DNA from: an uncultured bacterium
GTDB lineage: Bacteria > Acidobacteriota > Blastocatellia > Pyrinomonadales > Pyrinomonadaceae
Direction of reading: 5' to 3'
Assembly: GCA_965653675.1 (NCBI GenBank)
Contig: CBFHBA010000021.1
Location: 2,386-66,385 of the forward strand
Length of the DNA: 64,000 bases
In this document: piece by piece, positions 1 to 9,561 of the stretch
Layout: every line of letters starts with the position of its first letter
Position numbering within the stretch: the stretch's first letter is position 1
The notes under the pieces: model-generated
Seen by the model: the letters and a program-made list of their open reading frames with translations, nothing else
Databases searched by the model: none
What the model was told of the DNA's origin: nothing
Program-made: the position numbers and the translations under genes

Positions 1-1064
1 TTGACGAAGTACTCATCTTCGAGCGCGATTTTTTCCAGCTCAAGCGCGATGTCGAGCAGTGGATCTTTCCCGGTCACCTCGAACACTTCGTATGCGACCT
101 TCTTGATTATTCGCGCCCTCGGGTCGTAGTTCTTGTAAACGCGATGGCCAAAGCCCATCAGCCGAAACTCGCCGGCTTTTACACGCTTGATGTAGTCCGG
201 CACGTTCTTCACTGAGCCGATTTCGTTCAGCATGCGCAGGACCATTTCGTTCGCGCCGCCGTGCAGTGGGCCGTACAAGGCCGCCGCCGCGCCGGCCAAT
301 GACGAAAATGGATCGGTGTGGGCGCTGCCGATACTGCGCATGGCGTTCGTGCTGCAATTCTGTTCGTGATCAGCATGCAGAATAAAGAGAATGCTCAACG
401 CGCGCTCAAGGACGGGGTTGGGCTGATATTTCAGCTCGGTCGTCTTGAACATCATGTTCAGGAAATTGCCTTCGTAACTCAGGTCATTGTCGGGATAGGC
501 GTACGGCATTCCGACGCGATGACGGTAGGCGAATGCGGCGATCGTCGGGACCTTCGCAATCAACCGATAAATTTGTTTACGGCGCGAATCCTGATTGAAA
601 ATGTCTTTCGCATCTGGATAGAACGTGCCGAGCGCGCCCAGCGTCGCAATCAAAACACCCATCGGGTGCGCGTTGTAATGAAAACCATCCATCACTTTCT
701 TGATGCTTTCATTGATGAAAGTGTGATGGGTGATCTCCCAGATCCAGTCCGCCAACTGCTTTTCATTCGGCAGTTCGCCGTGCAAAAGCAGGTACGCAAC
801 TTCGAGATAGGTGCTGTCCTCAGCCAGCTCGTCAATCGGAAATCCGCGATATTCAAGGATGCCTCTGTCGCCGTCGATGAACGTGATGCGGCTCTTGCAT
901 GACGACGTGTTCATGAAAGCGGGGTCATAAGTCATTAGTCCGAAATCATCGTCGTTGACTTTGATCTTGCGCAGATCGAGCGCTTTGATCGTTTGGTTTT
1001 CGATGGGAACTTCGTATTGTTTTCCCGTACGGTTGTCGGTGATGGTTAACGTGTTGGTGTTCAT
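1..1064 (-). CDS. gltA: citrate synthase (N-terminal ~354 codons; C-terminus runs off the left edge)
   Basis: Reverse translation from the ATG at 1064-1062 reads MNTNTLTITDNRTGKQYEVPIEN... It stays open to position 1 and includes ...LMGFGHRVYKNYDPRARIIKK... and ...LELEKIALEDEYFV. It is absent from the ORF track because no stop lies in the window. Confidence 0.9.
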   Translation of the reverse strand, partial: MNTNTLTITDNRTGKQYEVPIENQTIKALDLRKIKVNDDDFGLMTYDPAFMNTSSCKSRITFIDGDRGILEYRGFPIDELAEDSTYLEVAYLLLHGELPNEKQLADWIWEITHHTFINESIKKVMDGFHYNAHPMGVLIATLGALGTFYPDAKDIFNQDSRRKQIYRLIAKVPTIAAFAYRHRVGMPYAYPDNDLSYEGNFLNMMFKTTELKYQPNPVLERALSILFILHADHEQNCSTNAMRSIGSAHTDPFSSLAGAAAALYGPLHGGANEMVLRMLNEIGSVKNVPDYIKRVKAGEFRLMGFGHRVYKNYDPRARIIKKVAYEVFEVTGKDPLLDIALELEKIALEDEYFV

Positions 1065-1172
1065 ACTTCGCTCGCTTCTTTGATCTCGCGCACACAATGA
1101 AAACCTGCGGCAACGTCACAGCTTGAAGGACCGCGACGTTGCTCGCGGAAAAAACTAAATTGGCGGCAGCGC

Positions 1173-1568
1173 TTACTTGAAAGCGGGCGTGCCGTGCGCT
1201 TCCGTGTCGCCTTTGAACTGGAACTCGTTCATTTCGACGACGCCATCCGCGCGTTGTACTGTCCGGACGACAAAATAATTCGCCTTGGCGCGCTGAATCG
1301 GCACGCAATGAAATTCCACAACCAGATTGCTGGCGATTTCGGCGTTGCCTTTGTAAATTCGGGTGCATGCCTCGCCACGCTCCATCGTCGCATCATCGTG
1401 CACAAACAGGTATTCGCCCTTCAGCGTAACGCCCTGAACAACGACTGGCTGGTTGAATTGAGCTGTCGCCCTTTGCTTTCGAGCTGCGGGCGACTTGTTG
1501 ATAGCGAATGAAGTGCTCGTGAGCACCACCACGCAAATCAAAGTCACGAATAAGAGCAAACTCTTCAT
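1173..1568 (-). CDS. small secreted hypothetical protein
   Basis: ORF 1173..1604. The internal ATG at 1568 gives a signal-peptide-like N-terminus (MKSLLLFVTLICVVVLTSTSFA) and avoids overlap with the upstream gene end at 1588. Confidence 0.55.
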   Translation of the reverse strand: MKSLLLFVTLICVVVLTSTSFAINKSPAARKQRATAQFNQPVVVQGVTLKGEYLFVHDDATMERGEACTRIYKGNAEIASNLVVEFHCVPIQRAKANYFVVRTVQRADGVVEMNEFQFKGDTEAHGTPAFK

Positions 1569-1587
1569 GATATTTATCCTCCTAAGT

Positions 1588-4326
1588 TCAGCGGCGTACG
1601 CCAATCAGCGGCCGCGGTTCCACCGATGCGACGCGCACTCGCGCGTCGAGAATCTCTCCTCCTTGTTCGGTTACCACAAAAGGGTTGCAATCGAGTTCCG
1701 CAATCTGCGGAATGTCATCGACCATAGCGCTGACGCGCAGCAATGCCTCTTCCAGGGCCGGCACGTCGAACTTTTTGCCGCCGCGGAAACCCTCGAGCAG
1801 TGGGTAAGTCTTCAGCGCGCGGATCATTTCTGAAGCTTCCGGTTTCGAGATTGGCGTCAGGCGCACTGCGACGTCGCGCAGCAATTCGACTTGAGTTCCG
1901 CCGGCGCCGCACGCGACGACCGGGCCGAACTGTGGGTCATGTACGACACCCAAAATCATTTCGATACCAGGCTTCGCCATACGTTGGACAACGAAACCAG
2001 TCGGCTGCCGGCCTTGTGCGTGAAGCTTGGCAAACATGTCATCGGCAGCAGCGCGCACTTTGTCCGGGTGGCGCAGTTTCAAACGGACGCCGCCGGCTTC
2101 TGTCTTGTGCAGAATCTTTGGGGCGATGACCTTCAGCGCCACCGGACAGCCGAGTTCGCTTGCGGCTTCCGCAGCTTCCTCAGGCGTGCGCACGAATCTC
2201 TGTTCAACCATGCGCAAGCCGTAACAGGCGAGCAGTTCGGCAACTTCCGCGGGCGTTAGCCACCCTTCGCCGCGCTGCAACGCGGTGGCAGCGAGGGCTG
2301 CGGCGTCCTCGCGTCTGATGTTGCTGAGCTCAACGCGCAACGGCTCGGATCGGTTGCGCCACTTGCCATAACGTGCCGCGCGGGACAAGGCGATCGCGGC
2401 GGTCTCGGGAAACTGATAAACGGGAACACGCGCGTCCCTCAGCACCGTGGGCGGTTTAAGTGGAGACATCAGCACGCTCGCGAGCGGCTTGCGATCACGA
2501 AGTGCGGGCGCTTCTTCACTAATAACCCGCGCTACGTCTTCGAGACGCGTTACGAGCGGCGGAACGAAGATCACAATCAACGAATCGATGTTTGGATCGC
2601 TGGCAACGATGCGAATGGTTTCGCGATACTGCTCGGCCGTCGCGGAGGCAATCATGTCAACCGGATTTGCGACGCTGGCTTCGCGTTTCAATACCGCCCG
2701 AAGTTTCTGCTGACTCTCTTCACTGAGCAGAGGAACTTCCAAACCCCGCGCCTCGCATGCATCCGCGCAAAGGATCGCGGGACCACCTGCATTCGTGATG
2801 ATTCCGACATGACTGCCTTGCGGCAGTGGCTGATTGGCGAGCAACGTCGCCACATCGAACAACTCTTCAAGTGTATCGGTTCGTATAACACCCGATTGTC
2901 GAAATAGCGCGTCAACCGTGATGTCGGATGCTGCGATGAGCGCGCCGGTATGCGACGATGTCGCGCGCGCCCCGGCCTTCGAGCGGCCGCTCTTTACGAC
3001 GACGATGGGTTTCTTCTTGCCAACGCGACGCGCAATTTGCGATAACTTGCGTGGATTTCCGAACGACTCCAGATAGAGCAGGACCACCTCGGTGGCATTA
3101 TCGTTCTCCCAATAACGCAACAGATCATTTCCTGATATATCCGCTTTGTTGCCAACAGACACGAACGTCGAGATGCCCAGACCGAGTGACTTTGCGTATT
3201 CCATGATCGCCAAGCCCAGGGCGCCACTTTGTGATGAAAAGCCGACGCCGCCGGATGGTGGAATGATCGGCGCAAACGTAGCGTCTAGTCGCACTTCATT
3301 ATCCGTGTTCAGAATGCCCATGCAGTTCGGGCCGATCAGCCGCATCCCGTAAGCGCGACACACGCGCAGCAATTCGGTTTGCCCGTCCTGTCCTGCCGAT
3401 CCGATTTCGGAAAAACCTGCTGAGATGACTACCAGCGCTTTGACACCTTTGCGCCCGCAACTCTCGGCCGCTGCGACAACTTCTGCTGCTGGGACGACAA
3501 TGATCGCCAAATCAACAGCACCCGGAATTTCTTCGACCGTTTTGTATGCCGGCACGCACTGAATGACCCTGGCGGATGGATTGACTGGGTAGACCGGACC
3601 CTGAAAGCCGTAACTCAGCAGGTTGTGAAAGATCTCGCCGCCAATGCTACTGCGTTTGCGCGATGCGCCCACGACCGCCACGGCGCGCGGATTAAAGAAG
3701 AGCTTAAGAGCGTTTTCTGAGGCGATGCTGTCGCGACGTTCGAATTTTTCGATTGCTTCCGATGTCAGTGAAGTTGGGAACCTCACGAGGAGTTCACCTG
3801 CGGTGACAGTAATCTTCGTCGGGAACCCTGATTCGCGAAACACATTCAGCATCGCCGTGTTGCTTGAGAGAGTTTCTGCTTCAAACACTTGAATTGAATT
3901 CGCGGCCGCCACTTCCGCAAGTTGGCCCAGGAGGATCGTCGCCAGCCCTCGGCCCTGATAGTCATCGGCAATTGCGAATGCGACTTCGGCGCGGTCTTCG
4001 CTGATCGCGGTGTAGAAGGCGTGGCCAACGATCCGATCCGCGGCGCCAGTCAATGCGATTAATCCGAAGTTCCGGCAGTAATCGACGCACGCTTCGCGAT
4101 GCGCTTCAGCAGCCAGCGCTGAATCACTCGCAGCCGACATAAATCGCAACCAACGCGAATCTGCCGACAACGACTTGAACAGTGCAAAAAGAAGTTCTTC
4201 ATCCTCAGGACGCATGACGCGCACGCGCACCGTGGAGCCATCGCGCAACACGACATCGCCATCGCGGCGTGTAGACAACCAACCCGGATTGGTTTCAGTG
4301 ATTTGTATGGTACCAACTTGTGACAT
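1588..4326 (-). CDS. GNAT acetyltransferase fused to an ADP-forming acyl-CoA synthetase (CoA-binding, succinyl-CoA-synthetase-like and ATP-grasp domains)
   Basis: 912-aa ORF. The N-terminal ~190 aa are GNAT-like (QGRGLATILLGQL...). They are followed by a CoA-binding/ligase flavodoxin region (AVAVVGASRK..., PVNP..., GPNCMGI) and a C-terminal ATP-grasp region (PVALKV...HKTEAGGV). Confidence 0.85.
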   Translation of the reverse strand: MSQVGTIQITETNPGWLSTRRDGDVVLRDGSTVRVRVMRPEDEELLFALFKSLSADSRWLRFMSAASDSALAAEAHREACVDYCRNFGLIALTGAADRIVGHAFYTAISEDRAEVAFAIADDYQGRGLATILLGQLAEVAAANSIQVFEAETLSSNTAMLNVFRESGFPTKITVTAGELLVRFPTSLTSEAIEKFERRDSIASENALKLFFNPRAVAVVGASRKRSSIGGEIFHNLLSYGFQGPVYPVNPSARVIQCVPAYKTVEEIPGAVDLAIIVVPAAEVVAAAESCGRKGVKALVVISAGFSEIGSAGQDGQTELLRVCRAYGMRLIGPNCMGILNTDNEVRLDATFAPIIPPSGGVGFSSQSGALGLAIMEYAKSLGLGISTFVSVGNKADISGNDLLRYWENDNATEVVLLYLESFGNPRKLSQIARRVGKKKPIVVVKSGRSKAGARATSSHTGALIAASDITVDALFRQSGVIRTDTLEELFDVATLLANQPLPQGSHVGIITNAGGPAILCADACEARGLEVPLLSEESQQKLRAVLKREASVANPVDMIASATAEQYRETIRIVASDPNIDSLIVIFVPPLVTRLEDVARVISEEAPALRDRKPLASVLMSPLKPPTVLRDARVPVYQFPETAAIALSRAARYGKWRNRSEPLRVELSNIRREDAAALAATALQRGEGWLTPAEVAELLACYGLRMVEQRFVRTPEEAAEAASELGCPVALKVIAPKILHKTEAGGVRLKLRHPDKVRAAADDMFAKLHAQGRQPTGFVVQRMAKPGIEMILGVVHDPQFGPVVACGAGGTQVELLRDVAVRLTPISKPEASEMIRALKTYPLLEGFRGGKKFDVPALEEALLRVSAMVDDIPQIAELDCNPFVVTEQGGEILDARVRVASVEPRPLIGVRR

Positions 4327-4569
4327 AAGACACCTGTCAAAAAAACACGTTATTCACTGCAACGTTTGTGCCCGCTACGCAGCTTACGATTCGTTGATAA
4401 ATCGCCCGGGCGAACCACTTTTATTGCGGAAACTTCACCAATTTTCGCGGGAAAACGCTCAGAAAAACCGTTGACGACCGCGAATTCACTTGGCGCCGCA
4501 GTTGGAATAGCGGTTGCTCGATCTGTGTCCGCTGGTACTGGTGTGATGATCTAGTTTGAGGTTGCAATC

Positions 4570-4971
4570 ATGAGCGATTGGGCACTACTCGAGAGCATTG
4601 AAGGTTTGGAAGGATCGTCCAGCGCGCAACCGGGCGCGCTGTGGGAATTGCTTCAAGGTGAAAAGGAACGCGTCTGCGGCGAAATTTCAGGAGCAGGATC
4701 GCTGGTCCACGGCAATGGCTTTGCGGCGAACGAACGCGATCCGTCGGATGAGTACATCGAAGTGATCGACTGGCGTCATCGCGATGAGTTAGAGCACCAA
4801 CTGCGCGAGATTATCGACGCACAGGATCGTCTGATTGATGGGTCTTACGGCCATTGTGCTGAGTGCGGCAGCGAGATTGGCGTGAAACGTCTGCTCGCAA
4901 ATCCGGCTGCCAGTTTGTGTCTGTCCTGTCAGACTAGTGCAGAACCGGAATTCGCTTTCCACACGATGTGA
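4570..4971 (+). CDS. DksA/TraR family C4-type zinc-finger protein
   Basis: 133 aa with C-terminal HCAECGSEIGVKRLLANPAASLCLSCQ (CxxC-x17-CxxC). Confidence 0.8.
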   Translation: MSDWALLESIEGLEGSSSAQPGALWELLQGEKERVCGEISGAGSLVHGNGFAANERDPSDEYIEVIDWRHRDELEHQLREIIDAQDRLIDGSYGHCAECGSEIGVKRLLANPAASLCLSCQTSAEPEFAFHTM

Positions 4972-5149
4972 TCGACTCGAGAAATCCAGCGCCAATCCTG
5001 CGTAGTTCTGCGCATTGATTCGGCATATTCCCCAGCAAAATCGGCGATTTCCGCGTATTCCTAACAACATTCGGCTGGCACAACCGTTGCTCCGGTTCGG
5101 CCAAACGCGCTGCGCTTTGGCGCGCCGATCTGTAATTTGAGGTACGGCA

Positions 5150-6043
5150 ATGAAAAAAATCCAGGCCATCGATTTCATGTATTACGTCGCCACTTCCGAG
5201 TTCATGGAACAGTGGGATCGCGCGAAAGAGGGCGAGCTCATTTGCCGGATGGAGAAGGCGATTGGCGGTTTGCCGCGCTTTGCTTCGATGGAAGAGATGC
5301 TGCAACAGATGGACGACGCCGGCGTTGAGAAGGTCTTCATCACGCAAACGAAGATGTGGTCCTACTGGCGCAAGTGGATGTACATGGACACGCAACTTGA
5401 AGATGTCCTTCAGTACACTGAAAGCCATCCTGAGCGTTTCGTCGGCCTCGCCGGCTACAACCCCTTCCGAATTAAGGAGAGTTTGAAAGAGATCGAGCTC
5501 GCCGTCACGAAGCACAACTTCAAGGGCGTCTATGTCCACATCTACGGATTCGATATTCCACTAAACGACGCGAAGATGTATCCGCTGTACGCGAAATGCG
5601 TCGAACTCGATGTGCCGTTGTCAATGCAAGTTGGGCACGTACTCGAAGCTAGCCCCAGCGACGGTGCGCGACCGATGTTTCTTGATCGCATCGCCTGTGA
5701 CTTTCCTGACTTGAAGATGATCGGCGCGCACACCGGCTGGCCGTGGGTCGATGAGCTAATCTCCGTTTGCTACAAATGGGAGAACGTCTGGTTCGGCGTC
5801 GATGCTTGGCTGCCGAAATATCTCTCGCCGCAAATCATTCAGTTCATCAACAGCCGGCTGGGCCGCGATCGTTGCATTTGGGGAACGAACGGTCTGCCGT
5901 GGAAAGAATGTCTCACGCAGCTTTGTGAGCTGGGGCTAAAACCCGACGTCGAACGAAAGATTATGCGTGATAACGCAATTGATCTTTTCAAGTTGGCGTC
6001 CATACCGAGTCTTGAAACCGAACGCGAACTCGTAGTCGCGTGA
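5150..6043 (+). CDS. amidohydrolase_2 (ACMSD/LigW-like TIM-barrel) family protein
   Basis: 297 aa with family-like blocks ([33 protein letters not shown]). The usual N-terminal HxH is not evident: the sequence reads AIDFMYY. Confidence 0.7.
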   Translation: MKKIQAIDFMYYVATSEFMEQWDRAKEGELICRMEKAIGGLPRFASMEEMLQQMDDAGVEKVFITQTKMWSYWRKWMYMDTQLEDVLQYTESHPERFVGLAGYNPFRIKESLKEIELAVTKHNFKGVYVHIYGFDIPLNDAKMYPLYAKCVELDVPLSMQVGHVLEASPSDGARPMFLDRIACDFPDLKMIGAHTGWPWVDELISVCYKWENVWFGVDAWLPKYLSPQIIQFINSRLGRDRCIWGTNGLPWKECLTQLCELGLKPDVERKIMRDNAIDLFKLASIPSLETERELVVA

Positions 6044-6819
6044 TAAAAACCATGATGAATTTCGAAGGAAGGTCAGTAATTGTGACCGGCGGGGCGCGCG
6101 GCATTGGACGCGCGATTGTGAATGCATTCGCAAAGGCCGGCGCCGACCTTCTGATCGCCGATTTGCGTTATGCCGACGCCAAAACCGCCGCGCTCAACGT
6201 AACCGAGACATATCACCGCCGCGCCATCGCATTCGAGACTGACGTAACGAACCACCAAGCCGTCGAGCGCCTGCGCGATGAAGCGATGCGTCAGTTTAGA
6301 AAAATTGACGTGCTGGTGAACTGCGCGGGTTGGGACCGCTTGCAGCCGTTCATCAAGACCACTCCGGACCTGTGGCAGAAAGTCTTGTCGATCAACTTCA
6401 TCGGGGTCGCCAACACCTGCCACGCCATCCTGCCCGTGATGGTTGAACGCAAGCAGGGAGCAATCGTGAACATCAGCTCGGACACGGGCCGCGTGGGTTC
6501 GTTTGGGGAAGCTATCTACGCCAGTTCGAAGGCGGCCATCACCGCGTTTTCGAAAACGTTGGCCCGAGAGCATGCACGCGACAACATTCGGGTCAATGTT
6601 GTTTCGCCTGGTCTGTGCGACACGCCGCTGATCGACGAAATGAAGCAGGATGAATTCACGGCGAAAATTCTTGGAGCGATCGTCAACTTCATTCCGTTGA
6701 AGCGACTGGGACGGCCTGATGAGATTGCGCCGCTGGTTTTGTTTCTCTCGTCCGACGCGGCCAGCTACATCACGGGTCAGGTTTTTAGCGTCAACGGTGG
6801 ACTGAATATGGTTGGTTGA
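6040..6819 (+). CDS. short-chain dehydrogenase/reductase, BadH-like (2-hydroxycyclohexanecarboxyl-CoA dehydrogenase-like)
   Basis: TGGARGIG Rossmann motif and YASSK catalytic motif. The NCAGWD..PF..T block and [10 protein letters not shown] block match what I recall of BadH-type SDRs. There is a 4-nt overlap with the upstream gene. Confidence 0.8.
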   Translation: MIKTMMNFEGRSVIVTGGARGIGRAIVNAFAKAGADLLIADLRYADAKTAALNVTETYHRRAIAFETDVTNHQAVERLRDEAMRQFRKIDVLVNCAGWDRLQPFIKTTPDLWQKVLSINFIGVANTCHAILPVMVERKQGAIVNISSDTGRVGSFGEAIYASSKAAITAFSKTLAREHARDNIRVNVVSPGLCDTPLIDEMKQDEFTAKILGAIVNFIPLKRLGRPDEIAPLVLFLSSDAASYITGQVFSVNGGLNMVG

Positions 6820-6825
6820 GATGAA

Positions 6826-6928
6826 TTAACCACAGAGGACACAGAGGAAACCACACGATGGAGAAACCAACAGAAGGACAAACTGACTATCAGTCCTCTT
6901 TGTCTTCCTCTGTGTCCTCTGTGGTTAA
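6826..6928. repeat. palindromic intergenic element (CACAGAGG family) with a perfect 24-bp inverted repeat
   Basis: ttaaccacagaggacacagaggaa (6826-6849) is the exact reverse complement of 6905-6928. The arms are built from tandem CACAGAGGA units. The element spans the annotated ATG at 6858. Confidence 0.9.
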
Positions 6929-8063
6929 GCCTTCTCCCGGGGACATCATTCAGGATCTCAATTTTTCCACGGTCAAACAGTGGAAAGCCGATCATCCGTT
7001 GGGAAAAGCCATCGGCTATTTCCCCGTTTATGCGCCGGTCGAAATCATACACGCCGCTGGAATGTTGCCCGTAGGGTTGAACGGCGCGGGCGACCAACTG
7101 GACATTCAATACGCCGACGCCCGTTTTGGATCGTTCATCTGCTCGATCATTAAGACGACGCTGGAGATGGGGCTGACAAATCATCTCGGACTGTTTGATG
7201 GACTACTTTTCTCGTCGATCTGCGATTCAGCGCGCAATTTGTGCTTCGTGATGAAGCGCAACTTTCCGGACACTTACACTGACTTTCTGCACTTGCCTCA
7301 CAACGCCAGCTCAGAGTCGAGCACCGCTTTTCTGGTAACTGAGTATGAGCGACTGATTGAGAATCTCGAGCGAATCGGCGGCGCCCGCGTGACTGACCGC
7401 GCGCTGAAAGATGCCATCGAAGCCTACAACGAGAACCGAAGACTGATCCGTCAGCTTTACGACGAACGCGCGCGCAATCCGCATTTGATTCGCACGAGCG
7501 AGTTGTATGCGCTGATTCGCGCGGGAAATTTCCTGCCGGTCGACGAGCACGCCACGCTTCTGCGCGAAACGCTGCACTCGCTACCATCGCGTACAGGCAA
7601 GCCACGCGATTCGATTCGCATTGTGATTGAGGGATCATTCTGCGAGCAACCGCCATTTGATCTCATCAGGATTATCGAAGAAGCCGGGTGCTACATCGTT
7701 GATGACGATTTCGTCCTCGGGCCGCGCTGGTTCTTAAGTGACGTCACGGTGAACGGCGATCCGCTCAAGGCGCTGGCGGACAGCTACGTCAATCGCTCGG
7801 TCTACTCATCGGTGCGTCACGATTGGCGCAATCCGCGTCACAAGCAACTGATTGAAAAAGCACGGCGTCGCGAAGCCGATGCTGTCTTGCTGCTGATCGC
7901 GAAGTTCTGTGAGCCGGCGTACTTCGACTATGTGCTGTTCAAGCAGGAGCTGGAGAAAGAAAAAATTCCGCATCTGCTGATGGAGTTTGAAGAAAAGATG
8001 TTCACCTTCGAACGTCTGCGCACCGAAATCGAGACGTTCGTCGAGTCGTTGTTGTTTGATTGA
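6858..8063 (+). CDS. benzoyl-CoA reductase / 2-hydroxyacyl-CoA dehydratase family subunit (gamma, BcrC/BadD/BzdN-like)
   Basis: 401 aa, HGD-D family look (FSTVKQWKADHP..KAIGYFPVYAPVEIIHAAGMLPVGL). The first ~23 codons are encoded by the repeat, and an in-frame GTG at 6921 is an alternative start. Confidence 0.75.
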   Translation: MEKPTEGQTDYQSSLSSSVSSVVKPSPGDIIQDLNFSTVKQWKADHPLGKAIGYFPVYAPVEIIHAAGMLPVGLNGAGDQLDIQYADARFGSFICSIIKTTLEMGLTNHLGLFDGLLFSSICDSARNLCFVMKRNFPDTYTDFLHLPHNASSESSTAFLVTEYERLIENLERIGGARVTDRALKDAIEAYNENRRLIRQLYDERARNPHLIRTSELYALIRAGNFLPVDEHATLLRETLHSLPSRTGKPRDSIRIVIEGSFCEQPPFDLIRIIEEAGCYIVDDDFVLGPRWFLSDVTVNGDPLKALADSYVNRSVYSSVRHDWRNPRHKQLIEKARRREADAVLLLIAKFCEPAYFDYVLFKQELEKEKIPHLLMEFEEKMFTFERLRTEIETFVESLLFD

Positions 8064-8069
8064 TTGTTT

Positions 8070-8165
8070 GGAGCGCGGTGGCAAGCGCGACACCGCTTTG
8101 GATAAATCGGGCATCAAGAAGTCGATCCAAAGCGCCGTCGCCGCTTCGCTCTGCCGGCGCACTCC
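8070..8165. repeat. imperfect palindromic intergenic element (GCGCCGGCAGAGCGAAGCGG family)
   Basis: The left arm (8070-8102, ggagcgcggtggcaagcgcgacaccgctttgga) is imperfectly complementary to the right arm (8126-8165). The right arm recurs at 31013-31055. Confidence 0.75.
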
Positions 8166-8167
8166 AG

Positions 8168-9451
8168 ATGAACCGAATGACCACCCAAACTGAGTATCGC
8201 AGCCAGCTTCACCATCGACAGAAAGAGTTGATGGTGAAGTGGTACGAGCGGCTGAATGAAGCTGCCGAAACCGGCACGCCGCCGACCGTTTCAATGATGA
8301 TCTCCGGCAACTGCGTCGAGGTGCTCGAAGCTTTCGACGCGGTGCCAATCTATCCCGAAGTCAACGCGCTGCAGCTCGCGATTCGTCATCAGTCCCTGGA
8401 TCCAATTCTGCTGGCCGAAGAACTGGGTTATGCGGCGGACAATTGCGCCTACGTCAAAGCTGACATCGGTGCTTACTTGAAAGGCATCACGCCGACGGGC
8501 GGCAAATTGCCAAAGCCTACCCTGGTCCTCTGCAACTTCGTCGGCTGCAATACTTATTTGAAATGGTTCGAGCACGTCGCTGAATTCACCGGCGCGCCGC
8601 TCTACACGCTGGACGTGCCGTTCATGCGCGGCGACGAAGTGTCGCGAGCGGACATCGATTACGTCGTGCGCCAGTTGCATGAATTGATCGCGCAAGTGGA
8701 AACGCTGTCGGGACGAAAATTTGACTATGACCGCTTCACGGATGCGGTGCGTTGTTCCGCACGAGTCGAAGAACTCTGGTCTCGAATTAAGAATCTCGCC
8801 CGCACTGCGCCTTCGCCTTTCGACGCTTACTTCGATGCGATTACTTTGATGGGCCCGCTCTACGTTTATCGCGCGAAGCCGGAAGGCGTGGAGTTTTTCG
8901 AGATCGCGCTGCGTGAGCTCGAAGAGAAGATCGCAAACGATGGAGACGCGGATAAAGAAAAGTTTCGGCTGGTGTTCGAAGGCCCGCCACCCTATCCGCA
9001 TTTCCGCACGTTCCGCGACATGTTCGCGAAATGGAAAGCGACGGCGGTCGCGTCGACTTATTCGACCGTCGGCGGGCTATGGGAATTTGGCGCACGTCAC
9101 GATCCGGACAGGCCTTTCGAATCAGTCGCGCGGCACATGCTTGAACACAACGTCACGAACCGCAATTACTTGCAGCGCTACGAACAGATTAAACGTTACG
9201 TTGACGACTGGAATGCTGACGGCGTGATTATCCATTTCGTGAAGAGCTGCCGCTTGTTCTCTGCCGGGCAAGGTGACATGCGCGACTACTTCACGAAAAC
9301 GCTCGGCGTGCCGACGCTCTACATCGAATCGGATTTGGAGGACCCGCGCTATTTCTCAGAAGCGCAACTGAAGAATCGCATCGATGCGTACTTCGAAGCG
9401 CTCGAGCATCAGAAGTCAAGCCACAGAGGCACAGAGACACGGAGAAATTGA
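8168..9451 (+). CDS. benzoyl-CoA reductase / 2-hydroxyacyl-CoA dehydratase family subunit (beta, BcrB/BadE/BzdO-like)
   Basis: The ORF is 8060..9451. The repeat encodes the first 36 codons, so the start is taken at ATG 8168 (MNRMTTQTEY...). Family look and a size of ~427 aa. The last ~10 codons and the stop lie inside the next repeat. Confidence 0.75.
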   Translation: MNRMTTQTEYRSQLHHRQKELMVKWYERLNEAAETGTPPTVSMMISGNCVEVLEAFDAVPIYPEVNALQLAIRHQSLDPILLAEELGYAADNCAYVKADIGAYLKGITPTGGKLPKPTLVLCNFVGCNTYLKWFEHVAEFTGAPLYTLDVPFMRGDEVSRADIDYVVRQLHELIAQVETLSGRKFDYDRFTDAVRCSARVEELWSRIKNLARTAPSPFDAYFDAITLMGPLYVYRAKPEGVEFFEIALRELEEKIANDGDADKEKFRLVFEGPPPYPHFRTFRDMFAKWKATAVASTYSTVGGLWEFGARHDPDRPFESVARHMLEHNVTNRNYLQRYEQIKRYVDDWNADGVIIHFVKSCRLFSAGQGDMRDYFTKTLGVPTLYIESDLEDPRYFSEAQLKNRIDAYFEALEHQKSSHRGTETRRN

Positions 9452-9539
9452 GACAAACACAAAATGAATAGCCGGTCGCACGCAATTTTATCTGCTCGTT
9501 TTTCTCTCTTTCCGTCTCTGTGTCTCTGTGCCTCTGTAG
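9421..9539. repeat. palindromic intergenic element (CACAGAG family)
   Basis: ccacagaggcacagagacac (9421-9440) versus gtgtctctgtgcctctgtag (9520-9539) is 19/20 complementary, with a 79-nt loop. Confidence 0.85.
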
Positions 9540-9561
9540 CCAATTTTGGAAAGAAGGCGAA

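Noticed and set aside
318-902. 194-aa plus-strand ORF (and ORF 40..357 on the minus strand) inside the citrate synthase region.
   Set aside because: The opposite-strand frame encodes an uninterrupted, motif-rich citrate synthase. These are shadow ORFs with Arg/Ala-rich low-complexity translations.
4491-4506. Sigma-54-like sequence TGGCGCcgcagTTGGA upstream of the DksA/TraR gene.
   Set aside because: The -12 element reads TTGG instead of the TTGC of the conserved GC dinucleotide. Other -24/-12 candidates near 19100 and 22240 have GG-to-GC spacing that is off by 1-2 nt.
8060-8167. N-terminal 36-codon extension of the BCR beta-like ORF (MIVWSAVASATPLWINRASRSRSKAPSPLRSAGALQ).
   Set aside because: It is entirely encoded by the palindromic repeat. 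The homologous protein sequence begins at ATG 8168.
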